From Candidatus Latescibacterota bacterium (lineage in GTDB: Bacteria > Latescibacterota > UBA2968 > UBA8231), in NCBI GenBank assembly GCA_965208105.1, contig OZ242318.1:1568001-1632000 (forward strand): a DNA stretch of 64,000 nt, given 5' to 3'. Position 1 is the first letter of the stretch. Every line of letters begins with the position of its first letter. Below the pieces are notes generated by a model, which worked only from the letters and a program-made list of their open reading frames with translations, was not told the origin of the DNA and searched no databases. The position numbers and the translations under genes are program-made. Positions 28,388 through 38,080 of the stretch are shown here, piece after piece.

Positions 28388-29797
28388 AGAAAAGTTTCCA
28401 TGGCACCGCTTTCCACCCGCGTCACCGCCACGCTGTCCAATGCACCGGAGGGCAGCAGCATTTTCGCCAGCTTCCAGCAAACCCCTGTCTACCACAAACC
28501 TGTCACCGTCGAAGCCGCCCTCGACGAAAAGGGCTGTCTGGCGGTGGACCTTCCGCTCACCGAAGCGCACATGGTCTCGGTCAGTTTCGAGGAGGAGGTC
28601 AAGCTCTTCCTGGAACCGGGCGATCAGTTGCACATCGACGCGGATGTGCTCGACCTGCCCCGGTCTCTTCGCTTCTCCGGCAGGAGCGCCGGCAACAACC
28701 AGTTCCTCGCCGCCCTGCGGTCCCGCTTTCCCGATTACCTGCGCATCGGCTACAAGGACCTCGAGGCCGACGCCTTTCGCCTGATGATCGACCGGCGACG
28801 CTCGGAATTGGAGAGCTTCCTGGAAGAGGGTTGCAGCCAGACCCAACTCACTCCGGGGTTTATCGCCTTCTACCGGGCCGAGATCACCTATGAGTGGGCC
28901 ACAGAGGTGGTTTCCTATCCGCGCAACTACGAGAGAGAAAACGGCAGGAAGAACAAAGCCCTCTCCGCGGGCTATTTCGACGTCCTCGATCAAGTCGAAC
29001 TGGTCGACGAAGCGGCCATCGGCACCACCCATTACCGCCGATTTCTGGAGGGCAATTTTCTGCGCCATTTCTTTCGCCTATGGGAAGAAAGGGGAAAGCA
29101 GCGCGACATCGAGCAAATGCCTGCCGAGGAACCCCAGGTCTTTGCCGAGACCTACTCCGACTACAATCAGGCCAAGCGGAAACTGCACGGCAAAGTCCTG
29201 TTCTTCTTTCTCGCCGGTGAAATCGTCCGGGACTTTCTCTACGGGCGATATGACCAGGGGGAACAACGCCTTGCCGGATTCCGCCAGGACAACCCATATC
29301 CAGAATACACCGAAGCCGTAGAGGAAGTCGCACGGGAAACATCCAGGCTCAAACCCGGTGAGCCCGCCCCCGACTTCACCCTCGACGACCTCCAGGGCCG
29401 AAGCGTCTCCCTGAGCGATTTCAAAGGGCAGGTGGTTTTCCTGGACTTTTGGGCAAGTTGGTGTGGTCCCTGCATCGAGGCATTACCCCATCTGGAAGAG
29501 ATCAAACGGCGGACCCGGGACCTGAAGGTGGTCTTTCTGAACATCTCTCTTGACCGCGCGAACGAGTGGCACCAGGAGGTGGAAGAGCACCGCGTGACTG
29601 GAGTCCACGTTCACGCCCCGGACGGCTGGAAAGCCGAAGCGGCTCAGTTGTACCAGGTCCAGGGAATACCCTCCTATTTCCTGGTAGGTCCGGACGGCCG
29701 GATGGCTGCCCGCCCTGAGAATGTCTTCGATGTTGCCGCGGTGGTCGCCCGCATTGAGGAATTGGCATCCAGGAAGCGCGCCCTGGAGAGGTCTTAA
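28376..29797 (+). CDS. TlpA/ResA-like redoxin with a large N-terminal domain
   Basis: Motifs PAPDFTL, LSDFKGQVVFLDFWASWCGPC and GIPSYFLV. Confidence 0.85.
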   Translation: MKFERKVSMAPLSTRVTATLSNAPEGSSIFASFQQTPVYHKPVTVEAALDEKGCLAVDLPLTEAHMVSVSFEEEVKLFLEPGDQLHIDADVLDLPRSLRFSGRSAGNNQFLAALRSRFPDYLRIGYKDLEADAFRLMIDRRRSELESFLEEGCSQTQLTPGFIAFYRAEITYEWATEVVSYPRNYERENGRKNKALSAGYFDVLDQVELVDEAAIGTTHYRRFLEGNFLRHFFRLWEERGKQRDIEQMPAEEPQVFAETYSDYNQAKRKLHGKVLFFFLAGEIVRDFLYGRYDQGEQRLAGFRQDNPYPEYTEAVEEVARETSRLKPGEPAPDFTLDDLQGRSVSLSDFKGQVVFLDFWASWCGPCIEALPHLEEIKRRTRDLKVVFLNISLDRANEWHQEVEEHRVTGVHVHAPDGWKAEAAQLYQVQGIPSYFLVGPDGRMAARPENVFDVAAVVARIEELASRKRALERS

Positions 29798-29802
29798 GCC
29801 GG

Positions 29803-31020
29803 TCAGGATAACCCACCGACCAGGCTCTGGACCGACGCTTCGAGATCGCGGGTCAGCTGTTCCACCGTTTCTCTCTTCAGATTTCTGTAGGCTTGGTAGT
29901 CTTCCCGGAGATCTTTCGGTTCGCCGACGCGTACCGACGCCACCCGCGGTCCGCGCATTTCGGACTCGCCGAAGACTTCCCTTTCAAGACGGAGAATCAC
30001 GTCGAGGAAGCGCTCCGGAGACGGCTCTTCGGCAACGTACCCGTCGGATATGGAAATGAAATTGATCAACCGCTCCAGATCGGGATAGAATTGCTGGAAT
30101 TTCCGGAGCTGCTCTTCATGAATCTTGCGCTCGTACTCCGTCATCTGCTCGACGTCCCTGTAGATCTCCGCATCGACCAGAATCTTCAACGCGCGCGTCC
30201 TCGCGAGAATGTCGGATTCAGCGCGGATGCCCATGATCCCCTCGGCCCGGGACAGGATCGCGTCCTTCAACCTTTCGATGTGCAGGTCAAAGGAAACCGT
30301 TTCGTCCGCCTGGTACTGATACTCCGCTGCGAGTGTCCTGAATAGCGCCACACCGACGCGGCGTAAGCGGTCGTAGCGTTCCACCGGCGTCCGTTCGGCC
30401 GGCGGGAGGATGTTTCGTTCCAACCTGGTGAGGGCCGCGTCGATGGAATTCCACATGTCGCGCGGATAGCGGTATTTTATTCCGACCGGCACGGCAAACA
30501 GCGGTCTGCCGGCCTCCGCTTTTTCCATATCGTCCAGTGCCCAGAAGCACATCTGGACAATGCCTCTCTCGAAGCGCATGACGGTGTCGTTCTGGCGCGA
30601 AATTTCCCCTTCGCCAAAGATGACGATCGGCCAGTCCCCCCTGGACAAAAGCTCCCGCGTCGTGCGGAAGGCATCTCTGTCTGCAGTGCCGCGCACGACC
30701 GAGTAAACACCGGCCCGCTGCATCAGCCAGCAGCGGAAAGCCCCGAACCTGCCCCGGTCGAATGTCTCCCGAGCGGCCATATAGTAGAAGGGTTGAGACA
30801 GCCGCTTCGACAACAGAAACATGACCACGGGATCTTCGTGCGCCGGATGATTGGGAGCCAGGACCGCGGAATGCCCGTGAATGGCCTCCAACCGGGCAAT
30901 GGACTCCGCATCGACATCCAGGGTCAACCCTTTCAGGTAGAAGCGATTCACCAGCGGCATCAGTGCCTGAACAACTCGAATCGTGGTCACACTCGGTTCA
31001 GGTGGTTTGAAATCCTGCAT
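29803..31020 (-). CDS. Phospholipid/glycerol acyltransferase (PlsC-like, long form)
   Basis: NHPAHED (HxxxxD), YMAARE and IFGEG. Confidence 0.85.
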   Translation of the reverse strand: MQDFKPPEPSVTTIRVVQALMPLVNRFYLKGLTLDVDAESIARLEAIHGHSAVLAPNHPAHEDPVVMFLLSKRLSQPFYYMAARETFDRGRFGAFRCWLMQRAGVYSVVRGTADRDAFRTTRELLSRGDWPIVIFGEGEISRQNDTVMRFERGIVQMCFWALDDMEKAEAGRPLFAVPVGIKYRYPRDMWNSIDAALTRLERNILPPAERTPVERYDRLRRVGVALFRTLAAEYQYQADETVSFDLHIERLKDAILSRAEGIMGIRAESDILARTRALKILVDAEIYRDVEQMTEYERKIHEEQLRKFQQFYPDLERLINFISISDGYVAEEPSPERFLDVILRLEREVFGESEMRGPRVASVRVGEPKDLREDYQAYRNLKRETVEQLTRDLEASVQSLVGGLS

Positions 31021-31105
31021 CGCGTCCTGTTTTGGGTCGAACGGGGTGTTGGTCTTTGAGGTGTATCGCCCGTAACCCCGGAGCGGTCCACGAGGGCCGG
31101 CCAGC

Positions 31106-32380
31106 TCAGCGCAGGAAACAGGGGGAGGCCTCGGCCACCGCTTCGGGGTGAATGACGCGCAGGGCAAGCCCGCCTTCCCCGTCGTCCTGCCACTGGATCT
31201 GGAGGCCCTTGAGCGCGCGCTGGGCTCCGGCCTGCCGGTCGCCGAGGGGATACACGCGGAACGGACCCAACACCGTCTCGGTCTCGAGGGCGAAAAGGTG
31301 GTCGCGGATGGCGGCCGGATCGAGCTTCCCGGTGGCCGCCAGCGCCGCTTCAATGGCCTCGGCGAGGAGCTCCACCGCTCCGAACCCACCCGCCGGCCGG
31401 TGGTCCGGGCTCGATTCCTCCGAGGCTTCGTACCTGGCGACCAGGGTCTCGCTGTCTCCGATGAATCCGGATGTGCGAACCGCCGGAATCCAGGGAGCCC
31501 CTCCTGCCACGCAGCGGGCCAACTCCCCCACTCCGGCGACAAACACGGGACTTGCCGGACCGGGCACGCTCAACATCCGGGGCACGTATCCGCTCCGGGC
31601 TACGGCTTTGCGCAATTCGACCAGGTCCTGACCGTAGCCGCCGATCGCCAACAGATCCGCATCCGCCTCCCTGGCGGCCGCCGCAAGAGCTCCATATTCG
31701 GCTTCTCCCACCTCGTAGGCCTGGTCCAGCACGAGGTTGAGCCCGTGCGCCTCGGCGGTCTCGCGCACACCTTTGGCCAGGGAGCGGGGAAATGCGGTGT
31801 CCTCGTAAATCAGGGCGACGGTGTTGTCTCCGGCCTGTGCCGCCAGCTCCACCGAGCCCTGGAGATACGTGAATCCAGGATTCAGCATCTGAACGCTCCA
31901 TTGCCGCTGCTGGTCCACCCAGAGTTCGGGAGCCGAGGCCAATGGGGCGACAAAGGGCATGCCCGCCGCTTCGACCACCGGGAGTACGGACTCGGTGATC
32001 ACGCTGCTGTATGGACCGAGCATGGCGTGGATCGAGTCGGAGGAGACGAACCCGGAGTAGAGGCCGGCGCTCTTCCGCGGATCGCTCTCGTCATCGCGAA
32101 TCACCAGCCGCACCGGCCTGCCGGCGATGCCTCCCCTCTCGTTCAGCAACTCGACGGCCAAACGGTAGCCGAATGCAAGTCCATTGCCCGCGCCGGCAAA
32201 CCTCCCGGTCTCGGCGAGAGCGGCCGCCAGCCTTACAGGTTCCGCTTCCGGCTCCGGTCCCGCCGGATCGTCGCCGCAATGGACTGCCGCCAGCGCTAGA
32301 ACGGCAAGGCCGAGGAGAAAGATCGAAGACCGAAGGGAGCTGCCCGGATTCCGGGTATATCGATATCCATCTTTCATCAT
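31106..32380 (-). CDS. Branched-chain amino acid-type ABC substrate-binding lipoprotein
   Basis: Motifs NERGGIAGRPVRLVIRDDESDP and LGPYSS; lipobox-like AVHC. Confidence 0.8.
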   Translation of the reverse strand: MMKDGYRYTRNPGSSLRSSIFLLGLAVLALAAVHCGDDPAGPEPEAEPVRLAAALAETGRFAGAGNGLAFGYRLAVELLNERGGIAGRPVRLVIRDDESDPRKSAGLYSGFVSSDSIHAMLGPYSSVITESVLPVVEAAGMPFVAPLASAPELWVDQQRQWSVQMLNPGFTYLQGSVELAAQAGDNTVALIYEDTAFPRSLAKGVRETAEAHGLNLVLDQAYEVGEAEYGALAAAAREADADLLAIGGYGQDLVELRKAVARSGYVPRMLSVPGPASPVFVAGVGELARCVAGGAPWIPAVRTSGFIGDSETLVARYEASEESSPDHRPAGGFGAVELLAEAIEAALAATGKLDPAAIRDHLFALETETVLGPFRVYPLGDRQAGAQRALKGLQIQWQDDGEGGLALRVIHPEAVAEASPCFLR

Positions 32381-32387
32381 GAGGCCC

Positions 32388-33287
32388 TCATTCCACAGTG
32401 AATTCGAGGTCGTCGAGCTCCCGGCGCAGGGCGGCGCGGTCGGCCTCGTCGAGCGCTGCGCGGGGCGGGCGCACCGGACCAACGGCCAGCCCGCGCATGG
32501 CGAGAATCTCCTTCACCGCCCCCAGCACGTCGAAGCGCATCAGGAGGGCGATCACCTGGTTCGCCCTGGCCTGCAGGTCCATGGCCGGGCGGATACGGCT
32601 CTCCTCGAAGAGCCGGCGCATCTCGACGAACAGCCTGGGCATGATGTTGTAGGTGGAGCCGATGGCCGCGTCGCTGCCGGCGACCATGCCGCCGAGGCAG
32701 ATCTCGTCCGGTCCGGAGATCAGGTTGAGGCGGTCCCCGCCCAGTTGCACCAGGCGCTGGAAGAGGTAGAAGTTGCTGTCGGTGAACTTGACGCCGCTGA
32801 AGTTGGGGACGGCTTCCATGGCCTCGAGGAACTGCTCGGCCGAAACTCCCCGTGCCGCGGTGCGCTCGATCCAGTAGACGTAGAAGGGCAGATTGGTGGC
32901 GGCTCCGATGGCGGCGTAGTGGGCGACGGCGGCCTCGAGGTCGTTGGGCCGGTCCACCGGGGCCACCGACGCAACTCCGTCGGCCCCCTCCGCGGCGGCG
33001 TGCCGGGCAAGCTCCACCGCGTTGGCGGTCGAGGTGGCGCCGACCTGGAAGATCAGGGGCACGGCACCGGCCACCGCGGCGATGGTCGTCTCGGCCATGG
33101 CCTTGCGCTCGGCCACGCTCATGGAGCCCCCTTCCCCCGTGCCGCCGCAGACGAAGAAGCCGCCTGAGCCGGCGTCGATCAGGTGCCCGACCAGGGGCTC
33201 GACCCGGTCCGGGGCCAGGGCCCCGCCGTCGTCGGTGAAAGGAGTGACGAGGGCGGGCCATATCCCGCGCGCCAGTTTTCCGGCCAT
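32388..33287 (-). CDS. DHDPS/N-acetylneuraminate lyase family aldolase
   Basis: Motifs PALVTPF, CGGTGEG, ERK and GVKFT (Schiff-base Lys). Confidence 0.85.
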   Translation of the reverse strand: MAGKLARGIWPALVTPFTDDGGALAPDRVEPLVGHLIDAGSGGFFVCGGTGEGGSMSVAERKAMAETTIAAVAGAVPLIFQVGATSTANAVELARHAAAEGADGVASVAPVDRPNDLEAAVAHYAAIGAATNLPFYVYWIERTAARGVSAEQFLEAMEAVPNFSGVKFTDSNFYLFQRLVQLGGDRLNLISGPDEICLGGMVAGSDAAIGSTYNIMPRLFVEMRRLFEESRIRPAMDLQARANQVIALLMRFDVLGAVKEILAMRGLAVGPVRPPRAALDEADRAALRRELDDLEFTVE

Positions 33288-33291
33288 AGCA

Positions 33292-34446
33292 TTATTCCTC
33301 CGAAGATTTCGGGCGGCCATCGACCACCTGGCCGCCGCGGATGGTAGTCACGGGCTCCCAGCAGCCGCCGCGCCGCTCCTCGCCGCCGACGTCGCGCAAG
33401 GGCAGGGCCTCCTCGTTCCAGCGCAGCACAGCCAGGTCGGCGCAGGCTCCCGGGGCCAGGGTGCCCACCTCGCCCTGCAGGCCGAGCACCGCGGCGGGGC
33501 GGGCGGTGGCTCGGGCGAAGACCTCCGATTCGGCCATGCCGGCGGCGATGAGCTTGGACATGGTGCGCGGCAGGTCGTGCTGGGGGCTGCCGCCCACGTG
33601 GCGGTTGTATTGGTCGGTGGAGATGGTATCGACGAGAAAGCCCTCGGCAATGGCTGCCTCGGCGATGGGAAAGCTGAAGGAGTTCATGCCGTGGCCCAGG
33701 TCGAAGAGCACCCCGCGGCGGCGAGCCTGCCACACCTCTTCGGCGATGCGGTCGCCGTCCATAAGGTTGCCGGGCAGGGCATTGAGGGAGTAGGTCGCCA
33801 CGTCGCCGGGACGCAGCAGAGCCAGCTGTTCGCCCAGGGGCCAGTCGTGCATGAGGCGGGGGCCAAACAGAATGGGCTTGCCGCTCGATTCGGCCGCCTC
33901 CAGCCCGGCGGCCAGAATGGGCCGGGGGTCGAGGTCGGGGCAGGCTCCCCCGGTGACGGTCACGGCAATGCCCCAGATGCCGCGGTCGTCGGCGGCGATG
34001 GCGCCGGCGCAGGCCCGGGCGTCGGCGTCGTCCGGGTGGTTGAAGCAGCACACCGGATGGGTCTCGCCGTGTTTGCACAGGTTGATCGCCAGCAGCACCC
34101 GGGTGCGCGAGGCCTCCATCACGGTGCAGCGGTAGTCATTCAGGTTCAGCGCCCCGGCGTCGCCCTGGGACATTACGGTGGTGACGCCCCGGGGCAGGAA
34201 GTGAAGGTCGGGGTCGATGCCGAAGCGCGACTGGCCCCGCGCCGGGTGGGCGTGGAAGTCGACCAGGCCGGGAAGAAGGAGGGCGTCGGCGAAGTCAAGC
34301 ACGGTGCGGGCGGGACCCTCGACGCCGGGGCCGGAGGAGACGATGCGGTCGCCGCGGACGGCCACCGCGCCGGGGCCGTCCAGGCCGCTGTCGGCGCAGA
34401 AGAGCCGGGGGGCGCGCACCAGAAGGTCAAAGGCTTCTTCGCTCAT
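33292..34446 (-). CDS. Amidohydrolase (dihydroorotase/deacetylase-like)
   Basis: Motifs PGLVDFHAH, GVTTV, DLGHG..SFSF and TISTD. Confidence 0.8.
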   Translation of the reverse strand: MSEEAFDLLVRAPRLFCADSGLDGPGAVAVRGDRIVSSGPGVEGPARTVLDFADALLLPGLVDFHAHPARGQSRFGIDPDLHFLPRGVTTVMSQGDAGALNLNDYRCTVMEASRTRVLLAINLCKHGETHPVCCFNHPDDADARACAGAIAADDRGIWGIAVTVTGGACPDLDPRPILAAGLEAAESSGKPILFGPRLMHDWPLGEQLALLRPGDVATYSLNALPGNLMDGDRIAEEVWQARRRGVLFDLGHGMNSFSFPIAEAAIAEGFLVDTISTDQYNRHVGGSPQHDLPRTMSKLIAAGMAESEVFARATARPAAVLGLQGEVGTLAPGACADLAVLRWNEEALPLRDVGGEERRGGCWEPVTTIRGGQVVDGRPKSSEE

Positions 34447-34555
34447 GGGCGGGATTCGATCTCCTTTCGTTCCCCCGGATACATAGCAGGTGCCGTGAGG
34501 GGCGCAAATGGATTTGCTGGCCCGGGTTGCCGGGAGACCTGAGGCGAATTCCGGC

Positions 34556-35284
34556 TCAGGCCTTCTCCAGCAGCTCCCTCACCTTCTTGTTGCGCGTCAC
34601 CTCCGCCGGCCGCTTGCCGCCGGCGTTCCCGGCCCGGGGATCGGCGCCGTAGCGCAGCAGCACCTTCACCCCTTTCAGGTCTCCCCTGGCGGCAGCGCCG
34701 TGCAGGGCGGTGGAGCCGGGCGCGGCGGGGTCCTCGACGCCGCTGTCCACCTCTGCCCCGCGCTCGAGCAGCAGATCGAGCATGCCGGGGCAACCGCGGT
34801 TGAAGGAGGTGGCGTGTTTGAGGGCATCCCAGGACACGGTGCGGGACAGGCCCGGTCCCGAGCCGGCAATCCGGGCGCCGTGCTCCAGAAGCCAGGCCAT
34901 GGTGTCGAGGGCGGCGCCCTCGCAGGAGAAGATCAGCGGCGGCCCGTAGTCGTTGCCCACCCCGTCGACGTCCGCGCCGTGGGCGAGGAGCATCTCCATG
35001 GCCGGCACGCAGCGGTTGTAGAGGGCGGCGCGGCACATGGGAAAATTGCCGTACTCCGAGGCGTCGCCGCCCCGGGCAAGAAGGTAGACGAGGATTTCGG
35101 TCCGGTTGAGCACGGCGGCGTAAGTCAACGGCCGGTAGCGCAGAATCTCGGAGCGTTCCCTGGGCGTGAGTCCCTGGGGAAGGGGCTGGTGCAGCAGACC
35201 GGGATGCGAGTCCAGAAGCCGCTTGACCGCGGGCAGGTCGCCGGCTTCAATCGCCGCCTTTATCTCGCGGTTGTCGAGAGCCAT
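34556..35284 (-). CDS. Ankyrin repeat protein
   Basis: Repeats RPLTYAA..LL.RG, PPLIFSC..LLEHGA and TALHGAAARG..LLRYGAD. Confidence 0.85.
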   Translation of the reverse strand: MALDNREIKAAIEAGDLPAVKRLLDSHPGLLHQPLPQGLTPRERSEILRYRPLTYAAVLNRTEILVYLLARGGDASEYGNFPMCRAALYNRCVPAMEMLLAHGADVDGVGNDYGPPLIFSCEGAALDTMAWLLEHGARIAGSGPGLSRTVSWDALKHATSFNRGCPGMLDLLLERGAEVDSGVEDPAAPGSTALHGAAARGDLKGVKVLLRYGADPRAGNAGGKRPAEVTRNKKVRELLEKA

Positions 35285-35333
35285 GGGAGGCTTTCGCTGA
35301 GGGGGAGTCCGGCCACCGCCCTATTTTCCCCAT

Positions 35334-36254
35334 TCACGCCGCATTCGTTTCACGCCGCGCCTGGTGCTGCCGCACCTGGGCTTCCCACTCCTCCCAGGTG
35401 GGTTTGCGGTCATCGCTGAGGACGACGAGGGGTACCTGGCCCGTTGCCAGCGCCCTGTCATGTACGAACTCGGCTGCCTGGCGCTGCTCCGCGCTCATGT
35501 CCGCCCGGCCAGGGGTGGGATAGTAGCGGACGTCGATGCTCCAGCGCGACTCCCGTGTCCTGTTCACCTTGCTGGTATGGACGCACAAATTGGACATGAA
35601 CAGGGCGCCTCCGGGCTCGAGAGGAATGGGCACCGGAGTGCCGCGGGCTTCCACGTCTTCCTCCATGCGCACGTTCAAATCTTCGCCCCGCGCTCCATCC
35701 AGCAGGCCCCAGCGGAAGCTGCCCGGGATGACCCAGCAACACCCGTTTTCGACGGTGGCTTCCACCAGCGGCACCCACACCGTGACCATGTGCAGCAACT
35801 CGGTGTGCTTCTCCTTCCTGCCGACAGCCGACTGGTCGATGTAGAGGCTGTCCTGGTGCCAGGGAAACGAAGTCACCACGCTGCCAGGGAGCTTGGTGCG
35901 GATGGCGGGCATGCAGGTACAGGTAACTTCGGGTCCCAGAAGCTGACGCAGCACCCCGAGGATGGCGGGGTTGTTGTAGAGATCGTAAAATTCGCGCCCG
36001 AAGGAACCGAATCCCCAGTTGCGCGGCAGGATGTCCAACTCCCTGCAGATGGATGCATAGCGCCCCTCGAAAGATTCGTCCGCGTAGGTAGAGGACAGCT
36101 TCCCCTGCGCGTACAGCTCATGGCTGTATCCGTCGACCCCGGCCTTGATGAAGTCGCGCATGGGCTCCAGGTCGCGGTCGTCGATCAGGTCTCTGACCAC
36201 CGCGTAGCCATCGCGTTCGTACGAGGTTTTTATTTCCTTGCCGCTACTTGTCAT
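35334..36254 (-). CDS. PhyH-like Fe/2OG dioxygenase
   Basis: Motifs YERDGY, WHQD, TVWVPL..ATVENGC..VIPGS and RWSIDVRY. Confidence 0.85.
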   Translation of the reverse strand: MTSSGKEIKTSYERDGYAVVRDLIDDRDLEPMRDFIKAGVDGYSHELYAQGKLSSTYADESFEGRYASICRELDILPRNWGFGSFGREFYDLYNNPAILGVLRQLLGPEVTCTCMPAIRTKLPGSVVTSFPWHQDSLYIDQSAVGRKEKHTELLHMVTVWVPLVEATVENGCCWVIPGSFRWGLLDGARGEDLNVRMEEDVEARGTPVPIPLEPGGALFMSNLCVHTSKVNRTRESRWSIDVRYYPTPGRADMSAEQRQAAEFVHDRALATGQVPLVVLSDDRKPTWEEWEAQVRQHQARRETNAA

Positions 36255-36469
36255 TTCCTAAAATGGCCCCCTTTTGAGGAAAATATATTGGGATTCAGGG
36301 TTCGGTAGAATAAGGTCCCCGGGGGGATTCCCTGTCAAGGCGCCGAGCCTCTCGATGGGCGCCGGGCCGGCCCCGGGGCGGCGCCCACTCATCCCTTGAC
36401 CGCCGGAGTCCCGCCGCATATGATGAGACCCTGTCTGCCGCGCACAATCCCCCTTTGAAGGAAGGAACC

Positions 36470-37117
36470 ATGCAAGCAAACCTCGTGACCCTGATCCGCA
36501 TATTCCTGGTATTCCTGGTCATCGGCCTCTACAAGGTCAACACCATCGCCTGCGGTGTGGCGGTGTTGCTGACCATCGCCACACTCTACATGGACGCTCT
36601 CGACGGCATCATCGCCCGCCGCCTCGGCACCGAATCCGATCTGGGCGCCATGTTCGACATCGCCGGGGACCGCATCGTGGAGAACGTGTTCTGGGTCTAT
36701 TTCTCCGCCATCGGCATGGTGAGCTTCTGGGCCGCGGCCATCGTCGTCGCCCGCAGCTTCCTCATCGACTGGCTGCGGACCCTGGCCTTCGTCGACGCGG
36801 GCAAGACCCCGTTCGGCACCAGGACCATGATGCGCAGCCGCTGGGCCAAGGCGCTGGTGAGCTCCCGCTTCAGCCGCGGGCTCTACGGCTTCACCAAGAC
36901 GGTGGTATTCGTCTATCTCGGCGCCGTGCTGCTGATTCAGTCAGGGCAGGCCGAGTACGGCTGGTCGATACGCGTCCCCACCGAGTTCCTGCTGCTGGCA
37001 GGGCATGCCCTCGTCTGGCTGACGGTGGTGATGTGCATCGTGAGGGGCGTTCCCGTGGTGTGGGACAGCCAGGAGGTCCTCTTCCGCAAAATGTTCCCCG
37101 GCCTGCTGCGGGACTAG
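36470..37117 (+). CDS. CDP-alcohol phosphatidyltransferase
   Basis: Signature DALDGIIARR....SDLGAMFD..GDR. Confidence 0.9.
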   Translation: MQANLVTLIRIFLVFLVIGLYKVNTIACGVAVLLTIATLYMDALDGIIARRLGTESDLGAMFDIAGDRIVENVFWVYFSAIGMVSFWAAAIVVARSFLIDWLRTLAFVDAGKTPFGTRTMMRSRWAKALVSSRFSRGLYGFTKTVVFVYLGAVLLIQSGQAEYGWSIRVPTEFLLLAGHALVWLTVVMCIVRGVPVVWDSQEVLFRKMFPGLLRD

Positions 37118-37125
37118 CCGTTGCC

Positions 37126-37764
37126 GTGAAAGCAGCCATATTCGATCTGGACGGCACCCTTCTGCCCGCAACCAGCGCGGAAAGAGAGTTCGTCCGCTTC
37201 GTCCTGCAGACCCGCAGGCGGACCGTTCCCGAGACGGTCGGAGCCCTGCTCTCCTGGATAGTCCACGTCCCCACCCGCGGCCTGCGCGCCAACAAGGCCC
37301 ACCTCCGCGGCGTCGAGGTCGATCTGTTGGAGGATACCGCGGAGGCGTTCTGCCGCCAGCGGCTGGCTCGGCGTATCCCGCGGCAGGCCAGGGACATGAT
37401 CGAATCCCATCGCGCCGCGGGGGATATCCTCGGCATCCTCTCCGGCTCTCCGCAGCTTTTGATAGCTCCTCTGAAGGACCTCCTGGGATTGGATTTCGTT
37501 GCCGGGACCGGGCTGGCTGGCAGGCGGGGCAGTTTGACCGGGGACCTGGAGGGTCCGCATCTCTCCGGAGCGGAGAAGGTCCGGCGGGCGCAGGAAGCGG
37601 CGTGCGCCTGTGATTTTTACCTGGCGCGGTCCGCGGCCTACGGCAACGCCTTCGCAGACCGCTACCTGCTGGAGGTAGTGGGCTGTCCCCGGGTGGTCAA
37701 CCCGGACCGCCGGCTGGCGCGGCTGGCGCGGCGCAAGGGCTGGCCCATCTCCATTTGGTCCTGA
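37126..37764 (+). CDS. HAD-IB family hydrolase
   Basis: Motifs FDLDGTL, LSGS, EK, AYGNAFAD and VVNPD. Confidence 0.85.
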   Translation: MKAAIFDLDGTLLPATSAEREFVRFVLQTRRRTVPETVGALLSWIVHVPTRGLRANKAHLRGVEVDLLEDTAEAFCRQRLARRIPRQARDMIESHRAAGDILGILSGSPQLLIAPLKDLLGLDFVAGTGLAGRRGSLTGDLEGPHLSGAEKVRRAQEAACACDFYLARSAAYGNAFADRYLLEVVGCPRVVNPDRRLARLARRKGWPISIWS

Positions 37765-38080
37765 AGGAAAATCCAGATGTCGCTGCGGGCCCCGGGAGAG
37801 GATGGGGCGGCCCGAAGACTGGCCCATCCCGGTCTGGGCTTGGTGGACAATCGCCTGGGCGCTGCCGGGCCGGGAGCTGACGCCCTCAGCCGCTGCTGCC
37901 CACCCGGGGCATTACCCGTTCGAGTAGCGCGGGCGACGGCAATGGGATATACTATCCCGGTGCAAGCACCAGTCAGCTTGCGGGAGGTCCGGGTGTCCAA
38001 GGCAGCGGTGGCGCAGAACCAGCAGGTTCGCAGCCGATCCTCGGCGCAGCCGGAAATACCAGGCAGGCAGGAGAAGCAGG

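Noticed and set aside
28234-28461. Extended N-terminus of the ORF 27181-28461
   Set aside because: It overlaps tlpA and its promoter; the signal peptide indicates a start at 28233.
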